This document shows positions 19,834 through 28,859 of a stretch of 64,000 bases of DNA, one piece after another; position 1 is the stretch's first letter; each line of letters starts with the position of its first letter. Position numbers and translations under genes: made by a program. The notes below the pieces were generated by a model. It searched no databases, was not told the origin of the DNA, and saw nothing but the letters and a program-made list of their open reading frames with translations. Source of the DNA: Sulfurimonas sp. (GTDB lineage: Bacteria > Campylobacterota > Campylobacteria > Campylobacterales > Sulfurimonadaceae); the NCBI GenBank assembly GCA_041595535.1, contig JBFHKA010000002.1, positions 20,263 through 84,262 on the forward strand, written 5' to 3'.

Positions 19834-20627
19834 AAGCCGCAGTCTTGCAACTCAATTCTCAAGGGATGAGTTCTACAAAACTCTATAATCATATTCGCAT
19901 TGCAAATAAAAAAGGTGTACAAGTTCTACTCTTAGGTGAATATGTACTCAATCCTTTTTTTAAAGAACTTGAAAACATGAGTGTTAGCATGATAAAAGAG
20001 CAAGCGCAACATCAAATTAAAGTTCTCAAAGAACTTTCTATCACATACAATATGACAATTGTGGCACCACTTATTGTTGTAAAAAAACAAGAGGTCTACA
20101 AAACCATTGCTAAGTTCTCTCCTACTTCTACTTCCTACTACCAACAGCAATTTCTTATAAATTATACACATTGGAATGAAGAGAAGTTTTATGCAAATAA
20201 AATATCTAAAATAAAAACACCTATGATATTTAAACTTCATGGTTTTAAATTTGCTGTTATGAGTGGTTTTGAACTCCATTTCGATACATTATTTGAAAAA
20301 CTTTCTTCTAAAAATATTGACTGTATTTTAATCCCAAGCGTCTCTACTTTTGACTCTTTTGAGAGATGGAAAGCAGTTATATGCACACGTGCTTTTACTC
20401 ATAATTGCTATGTGTTACGTGCGAATAGAATTGGTGAATATCAAGATAAAGATTTTACATGGAAATTTTATGGTGACTCTGTTCTAGCCTCACCAGATGG
20501 AGAGATCCTTACACATTTAGGTAATAAAGAAGAACTTATGATAGTAGATATAAGTCACGCAGAGGTACTAAGTGCACGGCGTTCTTGGGGCTTTAAAGAA
20601 GCACTTAACAAAAGGATTAAATCATGA
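19830..20627 (+). CDS. Carbon-nitrogen hydrolase (nitrilase superfamily) protein with degenerate triad
   Basis: AAVLQL, LLGEY, RAFTHNCYVLRANRIG, FYGDSVLASPDG. The catalytic Lys and Cys positions read YQQQFL and SGFELHF. Confidence 0.88.
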   Translation: MKAAVLQLNSQGMSSTKLYNHIRIANKKGVQVLLLGEYVLNPFFKELENMSVSMIKEQAQHQIKVLKELSITYNMTIVAPLIVVKKQEVYKTIAKFSPTSTSYYQQQFLINYTHWNEEKFYANKISKIKTPMIFKLHGFKFAVMSGFELHFDTLFEKLSSKNIDCILIPSVSTFDSFERWKAVICTRAFTHNCYVLRANRIGEYQDKDFTWKFYGDSVLASPDGEILTHLGNKEELMIVDISHAEVLSARRSWGFKEALNKRIKS

Positions 20628-21298
20628 TGCAATATTTTCATAGGCAAGTTCAACTTTGGGGGGAAGAAACACAAACCCTACTTCAAAGAAAAAAAATTGC
20701 TATTATTGGTTCTGGAGGACTCGGTTCATCTCTTGCATTTGCCTTGGGAGCGAGTGGAATTGGTGAAATTCACATGGTTGATTTTGATGAAGTAAGTCTA
20801 CATAATATTCATAGGCAAATTGCATTCAAAGTTGGAGATGAAGGAAAAAACAAAGCTCGTATTAATGCACAAATTATAGAACAAAGATGCCCATATACAA
20901 AAGCAATAGCACATGAATGCAATTTTAAAGAGTGGAGCGAAAAAAATATTTCTGTAGATTTAATCATTGATGCAACAGACAATCTGCCTACTCGCGGAGA
21001 TATCAATAGTTATGCAAAAAAAATCAATGTTCCTTGGCTTTATGGAAGTGTTGAAGCTTTTCATGGTCAAGTCTGTTTTATAGAAGATTCATCATTCACT
21101 GATGCTTTTAAAATTATAAAAAAGACTCCTGCAGGTATTGCAGCCCCTATTGTTATGCATATTGCTTCGCTTCAAGCTAATTTAGCTTTGCGTTTTTTAG
21201 CAGGTCTTAGTGTAAAGAAAGATGTTCTTTACTATCTCTTCTTCAATCAAGAGGGAGAACTCATTACACAAAAATTTGCTCTTCCAAAGGCAGAATAA
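20624..21298 (+). CDS. HesA/MoeB/ThiF family adenylyltransferase
   Basis: RQVQLWG, IIGSGGLGS, DFDEVSLHNIHRQ, DATDN; no CxxC motifs. Confidence 0.9.
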   Translation: MMQYFHRQVQLWGEETQTLLQRKKIAIIGSGGLGSSLAFALGASGIGEIHMVDFDEVSLHNIHRQIAFKVGDEGKNKARINAQIIEQRCPYTKAIAHECNFKEWSEKNISVDLIIDATDNLPTRGDINSYAKKINVPWLYGSVEAFHGQVCFIEDSSFTDAFKIIKKTPAGIAAPIVMHIASLQANLALRFLAGLSVKKDVLYYLFFNQEGELITQKFALPKAE

Positions 21299-21302
21299 CT
21301 CT

Positions 21303-22124
21303 ATGCAGCCAGATGATAAACTTCTTAGAATTATCTCTAATGAGACTAAAAGTGCAATTGAAAGCCTCTCTATAGTCACTCCTACTATATTTTCCTCTGT
21401 ATTTTCACAACTAGTACAGGCACATCATGCAAACATAGAAAATGAAGAGGAGCTCGCTCTGGATTTAATAGCACAAGAGTGTACTAATCTTAGAGAGATG
21501 CAAACACAGGCTTCTAAAAGTGCACAAATGTTAAGTAACAATACCTCTAAAGCACTTAATGCAATGAAAGAAAAAGATGAAACACTCCTCAATGAAGTCT
21601 TAGTTGAAACAGAAAAGCTTCGTCAAGAAGTTGAACAATTAAAGGAGTCTCTCTATAAAGATGAACTCACAAATAGTTACAACCGAAAATGGCTTCATGA
21701 TAATTATGTAGATGAAGAAACGCAAGAACTTACTCTCAACGGTACATTAGTTATGATAGATCTGAATTATTTTAAAATTGTTAACGATACCTATGGACAT
21801 ATTATAGGTGACAAAGTTTTACTACATCTCGCGAATAATTTCAGAAAAACGTCTCATCCTGTCATTCGATATGGTGGTGATGAATTTTTAGTTCTTATGC
21901 CACATATGACCTCAGAATCTGCTGCTATAAAAATAATGAACACACTACGAGAAAAGATTATTGCAAAGAAACTAAAAACTCATGAATCAATTTTTAGAGT
22001 AAGCTTCTCATTTGGTGCTACAAGCTTCAAAAAAGGGGATAATTTAGCAGATATTATTGAAGAAACTGATAAAAAAATGTATAAAGACAAAATCGCTATC
22101 AAAGAACGAATAACAGGTATCTAA
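21303..22124 (+). CDS. Diguanylate cyclase (GGDEF) with N-terminal coiled coil
   Basis: Start moved to ATG21303; DELTNSYNR, DLNYFKIVNDTYGHIIGD, RYGGDEF intact. Confidence 0.92.
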   Translation: MQPDDKLLRIISNETKSAIESLSIVTPTIFSSVFSQLVQAHHANIENEEELALDLIAQECTNLREMQTQASKSAQMLSNNTSKALNAMKEKDETLLNEVLVETEKLRQEVEQLKESLYKDELTNSYNRKWLHDNYVDEETQELTLNGTLVMIDLNYFKIVNDTYGHIIGDKVLLHLANNFRKTSHPVIRYGGDEFLVLMPHMTSESAAIKIMNTLREKIIAKKLKTHESIFRVSFSFGATSFKKGDNLADIIEETDKKMYKDKIAIKERITGI

Positions 22125-22147
22125 GCAAACCCTCACCACTTTTTAGA

Positions 22148-22153
22148 TATAAT
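22148..22153 (+). promoter_or_regulatory. sigma70 -10 box for valS
   Basis: TATAAT about 37 nt upstream of the ATG. Confidence 0.55.
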
Positions 22154-22189
22154 CGCGAAATTTTAAATAGATAATTTCAAGGCGATTCC

Positions 22190-24814
22190 ATGTCAGAAAA
22201 CAAGTACAATCCACAAGAGACTGAAAATAAATACTACAAAATTTGGGAAGATAGAAAATACTTCGAGATAGATGGCAACAAAGCCATTCAAGAAGAGGGA
22301 AAAAACTTCTCTATCATGATGCCACCTCCAAATGTAACAGGTCGTCTACACATCGGTCACGCACTTACGTTTACACTTCAAGACATCATCACTCGTTACA
22401 AACGTATGGATGGTTATAAAACACTTTGGCAACCAGGGACAGATCACGCAGGTATCGCTACACAAAATGTTGTAGAGAAGCAACTTCTTGCTGAGGGTAC
22501 AACAAAAGAAGAGATTGGACGTGAAGCATTTTTAGAGCGTGCTTGGAAATGGAAAGCGGAATCTGCCGGTATTATGACAGAGCAACTTCGTAAAATGGGA
22601 GTTTCACCTGCTTGGGAGAGAGAGCGTTTTACAATGGATGAGGGTCTACAAAAATCTGTAAAAGAGGCCTTTGTTCATCTTTACAATGAAGGTTTAATCG
22701 TTCGTGGAAACTATATGGTTAACTGGTGTACACATGATGGTGCACTCTCTGACATTGAAGTAGAACATGAAGATCATGATGGAAAATTTTACTATATGAC
22801 CTACCCTTTTGCTGATGGAAGTGGTAGCGTTGAAGTAGCTACTACACGTCCTGAAACATACTTTGGCGATACAGCAGTTATGGTTCACCCAGATGATGAG
22901 CGTTACAAGCATTTAATTGGTAAAAAGATAAAACTTCCTCTTTTAGAACGTGAAGTATCCATCATCGCTGATTCTCATGTTGATATGGACTTTGGAACAG
23001 GTGTGGTTAAAGTTACACCTGCGCATGACCAAAATGACTACGAAGTTGGAAAACGTCATGACTTAGAGTTCATTACAGTTTTTGATGAAAAAGGTATATT
23101 AAATGAGTATGCTGGGGAGTTTAAAGGTTTAGAGCGCCTAGAAGCTCGAAATATTATTGTAAAACGTCTCGAAGAAGAGGGATTTATTGTAAAAATCGAA
23201 GAGCATAAACATCAAGTTGGGCATTGTTACAGATGTAAAAATATTGTTGAACCATACATTTCAAAACAGTGGTTTGTTCGCAAAGAAGTAGCTGAAAAGT
23301 CAATTGAGAAAACAAATGCAGGCGAAGCACAATTCTTCCCACCACATTGGATAAACTCTTACAACTCTTGGATGGGTGATTTACGTGATTGGTGTATCTC
23401 TCGTCAACTTTGGTGGGGACATCAAATTCCGGTATTTTACTGTGACGAGTGTGAGCATGAATTTGTTTCTCAAGAAGATGAACCTTCTGCATGTCCAAAA
23501 TGTGGTTGTAAACATGTTACTCAAGATCCAGATGTTTTAGATACTTGGTTCTCATCTGCGCTATGGCCTTTCTCAACTTTAGGTTGGGGAAATGGTGATG
23601 TTGAGATGGACAAACTTTTTCAGTCAAACGATATGAAAGATTTCTATCCAAATACACTTTTAATCACAGGTTTTGACATCCTTTTCTTTTGGGTTGCAAG
23701 AATGATGATGATGGGTGAGCATTTTAATGGACAACTTCCATTTAACCACATCTATCTTCATGCACTCGTACGTGATGAGCATGGTCAAAAAATGTCAAAA
23801 TCAAAAGGTAATGTAATTGACCCTCTTGATATGGTAAACAAATACTCTGCCGATGTTTTACGTTTCACACTTGCTATTTCAGCAGCACAAGGTCGTGATA
23901 TTCGTATGAGTCAAGAGAAACTTGAACTCAATCGTAACTTTACAAACAAGCTCTACAATGCAAGTAAATACCTTCAAATGAATGTGGATGTTTTTCCTGA
24001 TATGGCAGGTTTTTGTGTTGAGACTGATTTAGGTCGTTACATGATGAGTCGCCTAAACTTCGCAACAAAAGAAGTACGTGCAAATCTTGATGAGTACAAG
24101 TTTAACGATGCTGCACTTGTTATGTACAAATTCTTGTGGAATGAGTTCTGTGACTGGGGAATCGAGCTTAGTAAGGCTGATAAAGGTTCTATTGTAGAGC
24201 TTGGTGCTATTTTTAAAGAGGCTATGAAACTGCTTCACCCATTTATGCCGTTTATTACAGAGCATCTTTATCATGAACTCAGTGGAACTTCACTTGAAGC
24301 TGGTGAGTCAATTATGATTGCAAAGTATCCTTTTAAAACTAAACAACGTAAAGAAGAAGAGACTTTTGAGATTATCATGGATGCTATTATCTCTATAAGA
24401 CGTGCAAAAGTTCTTGTAGATTTAGCAAACCAAAAAATTGAAAAAGCCTTTGTTAAAATTGATGGTATATCAGATGCTGACAAAACAATGATGATTCCAT
24501 TTATTCAAAGACTTGCGAAAGTTGAAGTTGTTGCGTTTACTGAGACAAAAGTAGAAAATGCTGTAAGTGACATTGCAGATAAATGTGAGACATTTATACC
24601 GACTGATTCTATCGACTTAACACCAATCATCAACAAACTAGAAAAACAAGATGAGAAGTTACAAAAAGAGATAGCTAAACTAAGCGGAATGTTAAATAAT
24701 GAAAAATTTGTAGCAAACGCACCTGAAGATATACTTGTGAAAAATCGTGAAGCTTTAGCAGATGCTGAGGCAAAAAGTGCCAAAGTTCAAGAGCAACTAA
24801 GCTCATTAAAATAA
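22190..24814 (+). CDS. valS: Valine--tRNA ligase
   Basis: PPPNVTGRLHIGH, DWCISRQLWWGH, DVLDTWFSS, KMSKS, C-terminal coiled coil. Confidence 0.99.
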   Translation: MSENKYNPQETENKYYKIWEDRKYFEIDGNKAIQEEGKNFSIMMPPPNVTGRLHIGHALTFTLQDIITRYKRMDGYKTLWQPGTDHAGIATQNVVEKQLLAEGTTKEEIGREAFLERAWKWKAESAGIMTEQLRKMGVSPAWERERFTMDEGLQKSVKEAFVHLYNEGLIVRGNYMVNWCTHDGALSDIEVEHEDHDGKFYYMTYPFADGSGSVEVATTRPETYFGDTAVMVHPDDERYKHLIGKKIKLPLLEREVSIIADSHVDMDFGTGVVKVTPAHDQNDYEVGKRHDLEFITVFDEKGILNEYAGEFKGLERLEARNIIVKRLEEEGFIVKIEEHKHQVGHCYRCKNIVEPYISKQWFVRKEVAEKSIEKTNAGEAQFFPPHWINSYNSWMGDLRDWCISRQLWWGHQIPVFYCDECEHEFVSQEDEPSACPKCGCKHVTQDPDVLDTWFSSALWPFSTLGWGNGDVEMDKLFQSNDMKDFYPNTLLITGFDILFFWVARMMMMGEHFNGQLPFNHIYLHALVRDEHGQKMSKSKGNVIDPLDMVNKYSADVLRFTLAISAAQGRDIRMSQEKLELNRNFTNKLYNASKYLQMNVDVFPDMAGFCVETDLGRYMMSRLNFATKEVRANLDEYKFNDAALVMYKFLWNEFCDWGIELSKADKGSIVELGAIFKEAMKLLHPFMPFITEHLYHELSGTSLEAGESIMIAKYPFKTKQRKEEETFEIIMDAIISIRRAKVLVDLANQKIEKAFVKIDGISDADKTMMIPFIQRLAKVEVVAFTETKVENAVSDIADKCETFIPTDSIDLTPIINKLEKQDEKLQKEIAKLSGMLNNEKFVANAPEDILVKNREALADAEAKSAKVQEQLSSLK

Positions 24815-24845
24815 TCAGTAGTATTTCAATTAAAGGTTTATCTCA

Positions 24846-26384
24846 TTGTTTGATCTAAAAAAATATACATCAGCAAATATCAAAAACGATATTTTGTCTG
24901 GTTTAGTCGTTGCTGTAGCCCTAGTTCCTGAGGCTATTGCATTCAGTTTTATTGCAGGTGTAAGTCCAATTGTTGGACTTTACACTGCATTTCTTCTAGG
25001 TCTTATAACATCTTTAATTGGTGGTAAACAAGGAATGATTTCTGGTGCGACAGGAGCCATTGCTATAGTTTTGGTTGATCTAACACTTGAAGCAAATACT
25101 TTCCTTGGTGCACAGGGTTTAAGTGGCGAAGCAGTTGCTATGGGAGTTTTGCACTATATTCTTTTAGCAACAGTTATTGCTGGACTCATTCAGATTACTA
25201 TTGGTGCTTTAAAACTTGGTAAGTTTATCCGTCTTGTACCTACCCCTGCTATTCACGGTTTTGTAAATGGTCTTGCTATAGTCATTGCAACAGCTCAGTT
25301 TAAATTTTTTGAAGGTCAAAACTATATGATGTATATCTTAGTAGCTATAACTATGACTATTATGTATTTTCTTCCAAAAGTTACCAAAGCTGTTCCTGCT
25401 GGTTTAGTTGCTATCATTGTTTTAACTCTTAGTGTCTATTTTATACATATAGACACACTTCTTTTAAGTGGCTTAGATGATATGAGTAAATATGCTGGAG
25501 AACTCCCAACTTTTGGTATACCTGAGTATCTCTTTAGTTTAGATGCTATTATTTTTGTACTTCCTTATGCTGTTATAGTCGCACTTGTAGGAATTATAGA
25601 ATCACTCCTTACACTCTCAGTTTTAGATGAGCTTAGTAACACGCGTGGAAGCGCAAACAAAGAGTGTATTGCACAAGGAACTGGAAACGTTACGTGCGGA
25701 TTTTTTGGTGGTATGGCTGGCTGTGCGATGATTGGTCAAAGTATTATTAACTACACTTCTGGTGGTATTGGTCGTCTCTCCTCTTTTGTTGCGGCAGTTG
25801 GATTAATTGTTCTTGTTGTATCCATGAGTAGCGTTTTAAATGCCATTCCTGTGGCTGTTTTAGTAGGAATTATGTTTATGGTGAGTATCGGAACTTTTGA
25901 GTGGTCGAGCTTCTCGAGACTCAATAAAATGCCTCGTACGGATGCTTTTGTTATGGTAGCAGTTACTGTTATCACTGTATCTGAAGATTTAGCTAAAGCT
26001 GTAATTGCAGGTGTTATTATCTCTGCTCTTGCATTTGCGTGGAAGCATGCTCGTATCTGGGCTAAATCGCACATGGAAGCCGATGGTACAAAAGTATATG
26101 AGCTTGATGGGCCACTCTTTTTTGGAAGTGCAACTACATTTGCTGATAATTTTGATGTTTTAAATGACCCTCCAAAAGTGGTCATTGATTTTAAAAATGC
26201 TAGAGTTATGGATAGTAGTGGCGTTGAAGCAGTAGATGCTATTACAAAAAAATATGAAGATGCAGGGAAAAATCTTCTCTTACGTCACCTAAGTGCAGAT
26301 TGTAAAGCTATTCTCAAAAAAGCTGGACCTTACTGTGCCTACTCTGAAGATGATCCTACATATAAGGTGGCATTTAATTACTAA
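24846..26384 (+). CDS. SulP family inorganic anion transporter with STAS domain
   Basis: VALVPEAIAF, ISGATGA, ESLLT, GGMAGCAMIGQS; STAS GPLFFGS...VVIDF...DSSGVEA. Confidence 0.95.
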   Translation: MFDLKKYTSANIKNDILSGLVVAVALVPEAIAFSFIAGVSPIVGLYTAFLLGLITSLIGGKQGMISGATGAIAIVLVDLTLEANTFLGAQGLSGEAVAMGVLHYILLATVIAGLIQITIGALKLGKFIRLVPTPAIHGFVNGLAIVIATAQFKFFEGQNYMMYILVAITMTIMYFLPKVTKAVPAGLVAIIVLTLSVYFIHIDTLLLSGLDDMSKYAGELPTFGIPEYLFSLDAIIFVLPYAVIVALVGIIESLLTLSVLDELSNTRGSANKECIAQGTGNVTCGFFGGMAGCAMIGQSIINYTSGGIGRLSSFVAAVGLIVLVVSMSSVLNAIPVAVLVGIMFMVSIGTFEWSSFSRLNKMPRTDAFVMVAVTVITVSEDLAKAVIAGVIISALAFAWKHARIWAKSHMEADGTKVYELDGPLFFGSATTFADNFDVLNDPPKVVIDFKNARVMDSSGVEAVDAITKKYEDAGKNLLLRHLSADCKAILKKAGPYCAYSEDDPTYKVAFNY

Positions 26385-26392
26385 ATGCTCCT

Positions 26393-27634
26393 TTATTCTT
26401 TAGAAGCAAAAGGAATTTTAATTCTAAAACAAGCACCATTCTTGGTATTATGAACTAATAACTGCCCATCCATTCTACTTTCAATAATCTTTTTAGCAAT
26501 ATACAATCCAATACCAGTTCCATTGACTTTTCCTTTTGTAGTAAAGTATGGCTCAAATATGGAACCTATAATTTCTTCAGCTATTCCACCTCCATTATCG
26601 TTAACATCTATGTTAATACACTCTTTATCACACGACACAAAAATTTTAATACGACCCTCTTTAATTTTACCCAATTTATGTTGCGTAGTTATGGCATAAA
26701 TAGCATTGCTAAATAAAATAAACAACACCTGCTTAAACTCATTCTCGTCCCCAATCGCAAAAGAGGAACAATCAATCTCTAGACTATCGATAATATGATG
26801 AAAACGAAACTGTGCTTTTAATATAGTTAAAACACTCTGTATAGATGTTCCCACAGAGAAAGCAACAGTCTCTTTATTAAGACTCAAAAAATTTCTAAAA
26901 GTATCAATAGTATCTGACATATACTCTATGTTAGAGGAAACAATTGCCATTTTTTCTGCAAAATCTTCTTTTGTTAATGTTCCAAATGTGTACTGTGTTT
27001 CTAAATTAGCAGTGGCGAGTCCTATGACATTTAAAGGTTGTCGCCACTGATGCGCAATAGATTCTATTAACTCTCCCATTGCTGCCTGCCTTGACTGATG
27101 GAGCATAAGAGTCTCTTGATTTTGCTGTTTTTCCACCTCTTCTTGTACACGTTTTTCTAGCTCAGCATTAAATTTTTTAAGTTCTTTTTTTTGCGCAGCG
27201 ACAATATCAAGACTCTTTTTGAGTTCTATCTCTATTTTTTTTAGTTCTGTAATATCTCTTCCTGCTCCAACTGTTCCTATAATATTTCCATCCTGATCAT
27301 AGAAAGGAGCCTTATAAACTTCTAGATAGAGCATTTTCCCCTGTATATTTCCATACTCTTCAAACTTCATTGCTTTTTTGTTATCTAAGACTATCTGGTC
27401 TGAATTAAAACAGAGCTCACCAAAAGTATGCCAATCAGAGATATCTTTATGTTTTTCCCTCTCTCGTAAAGCAAAAAATATATCATTCTTTCCAATAGGT
27501 TCTTGTGTATTTTCTGCCATTAATAGACCATCACACATACTCTGATTTACATACATATAATTTCCATATAAATCTTTTATCCAAAGCATATCTGGAAGAT
27601 TTTCTGTTAAAAGTTCTATCAGTTCCTTATTCAT
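26393..27634 (-). CDS. PAS domain sensor histidine kinase (soluble)
   Basis: PAS (LWIKDLYG...VYKAPFYDQDGNIIGTVGAGRDIT), H-box IAHQWRQPLN, DNGGGI, FEPYFTTK, GTGIGL. Confidence 0.93.
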   Translation of the reverse strand: MNKELIELLTENLPDMLWIKDLYGNYMYVNQSMCDGLLMAENTQEPIGKNDIFFALREREKHKDISDWHTFGELCFNSDQIVLDNKKAMKFEEYGNIQGKMLYLEVYKAPFYDQDGNIIGTVGAGRDITELKKIEIELKKSLDIVAAQKKELKKFNAELEKRVQEEVEKQQNQETLMLHQSRQAAMGELIESIAHQWRQPLNVIGLATANLETQYTFGTLTKEDFAEKMAIVSSNIEYMSDTIDTFRNFLSLNKETVAFSVGTSIQSVLTILKAQFRFHHIIDSLEIDCSSFAIGDENEFKQVLFILFSNAIYAITTQHKLGKIKEGRIKIFVSCDKECINIDVNDNGGGIAEEIIGSIFEPYFTTKGKVNGTGIGLYIAKKIIESRMDGQLLVHNTKNGACFRIKIPFASKE

Positions 27635-28853
27635 ACATATGCCTTAGCTCAGAACTAGGGACACCAAAATAATATCCTTGAGAATAATCTATACCAAGTG
27701 CTTTTACTTTATTTTGCACCTCTTCATTATGAGTATACTCTGCAATTACCTTTATATTACTTGCTTTACACATAGAAAGAATTGCATCAACAATTACTTG
27801 ACTCTTTTTATCAGTTACAATATTTTTTATAAAAGCACCATCTATTTTCAAATAATCCGGTTGAATTTCTAATAATCTTGAAAGGTTTGAATTCTCAGCT
27901 CCAAAATCATCTATTGCAACTTTAAATCCCTTCTCACGTAAAGAGTGAAGTTGTTGCAAAGTCGTACCATCTCCTAGAGTTGTGATGTCTTCTAAAACTT
28001 CTAAGACAACTCTTGCTGGGTCAATATTATATTTTTTTACATTTTTAAGTAAAAGAGATTCTAAAAATCCTCGTGATAGATCTTCTTCTGTAATATTTAT
28101 AGAAAATTCATAGTCTGTTGTACTAAATTTTTTAAAACTTTGGGCAATGACTGATTTTGTTATATATGAGAGACTCCCTGTTAATTTAGCAGCTTCTAAA
28201 AATGCAAAAGGAGAAATAATTTCATCATCATCTTTAATTCTTGCTAAACACTCATACTTTTCTATCTTTGCTGTATGATTATTGACTATTGGCTGAAAGT
28301 ATGCAACAATTTCTTCGTTGATAACGGCACTTTTTATTTTATGAATCCAATAAATATTTTGCTCTTGAGAATAAACATACACGGAATGAGGGTCAAATAC
28401 TTTGTAGCAATTACGCTTGTCTAAGCGCAACTCATCTATAGCAATTTCTGCTTGTGTTATATTTATTTTTCCAGCACCTGTAGAAATTCCTATACTAAGT
28501 GAAAGTTTAAATTCAATATCATCTTCTATAATAATTTCAGATTCTGAAAAAAAAGAGAGAATAGATTCTGCTGTCTTTTTCTGTTCTTCTATAGAAACAC
28601 CACTCCTATCAAGTAGGACAAACTTATCTGCATAAAACCTATAAAGTTCTGCTGTTTGAGGTTTAGTAATGTTTAAGTAATTGGCTGCCTCTTGTAAGAC
28701 AATATCTCCTATATCATATCCATACGCATTATTAATATTTGAAAAATTATCTATATTAATTAAAAAAAAAGAGACCTTCTCTAAAGAAGAGAGCTCTCGG
28801 GTAAGCATATCTCCATTTAAAACATTAGTTAACACATCATAATTCACACTCAT
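27627..28853 (-). CDS. Degenerate-GGDEF / EAL domain protein (c-di-GMP phosphodiesterase candidate)
   Basis: GGDEF site reads YADKF; EAL domain FQPI, YECLAR, SINI, EVLE, AIDDFG, LKIDG, IAEY, SQGYYF. Confidence 0.9.
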   Translation of the reverse strand: MSVNYDVLTNVLNGDMLTRELSSLEKVSFFLINIDNFSNINNAYGYDIGDIVLQEAANYLNITKPQTAELYRFYADKFVLLDRSGVSIEEQKKTAESILSFFSESEIIIEDDIEFKLSLSIGISTGAGKINITQAEIAIDELRLDKRNCYKVFDPHSVYVYSQEQNIYWIHKIKSAVINEEIVAYFQPIVNNHTAKIEKYECLARIKDDDEIISPFAFLEAAKLTGSLSYITKSVIAQSFKKFSTTDYEFSINITEEDLSRGFLESLLLKNVKKYNIDPARVVLEVLEDITTLGDGTTLQQLHSLREKGFKVAIDDFGAENSNLSRLLEIQPDYLKIDGAFIKNIVTDKKSQVIVDAILSMCKASNIKVIAEYTHNEEVQNKVKALGIDYSQGYYFGVPSSELRHMYE

Positions 28854-28859
28854 TCCAAC

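Noticed and set aside
28762-28770. A9 homopolymer as a phase-variation tract
   Set aside because: In frame and expected in an AT-rich genome; Campylobacterota contingency loci typically use poly-G/C of 8 or more, and I saw none.
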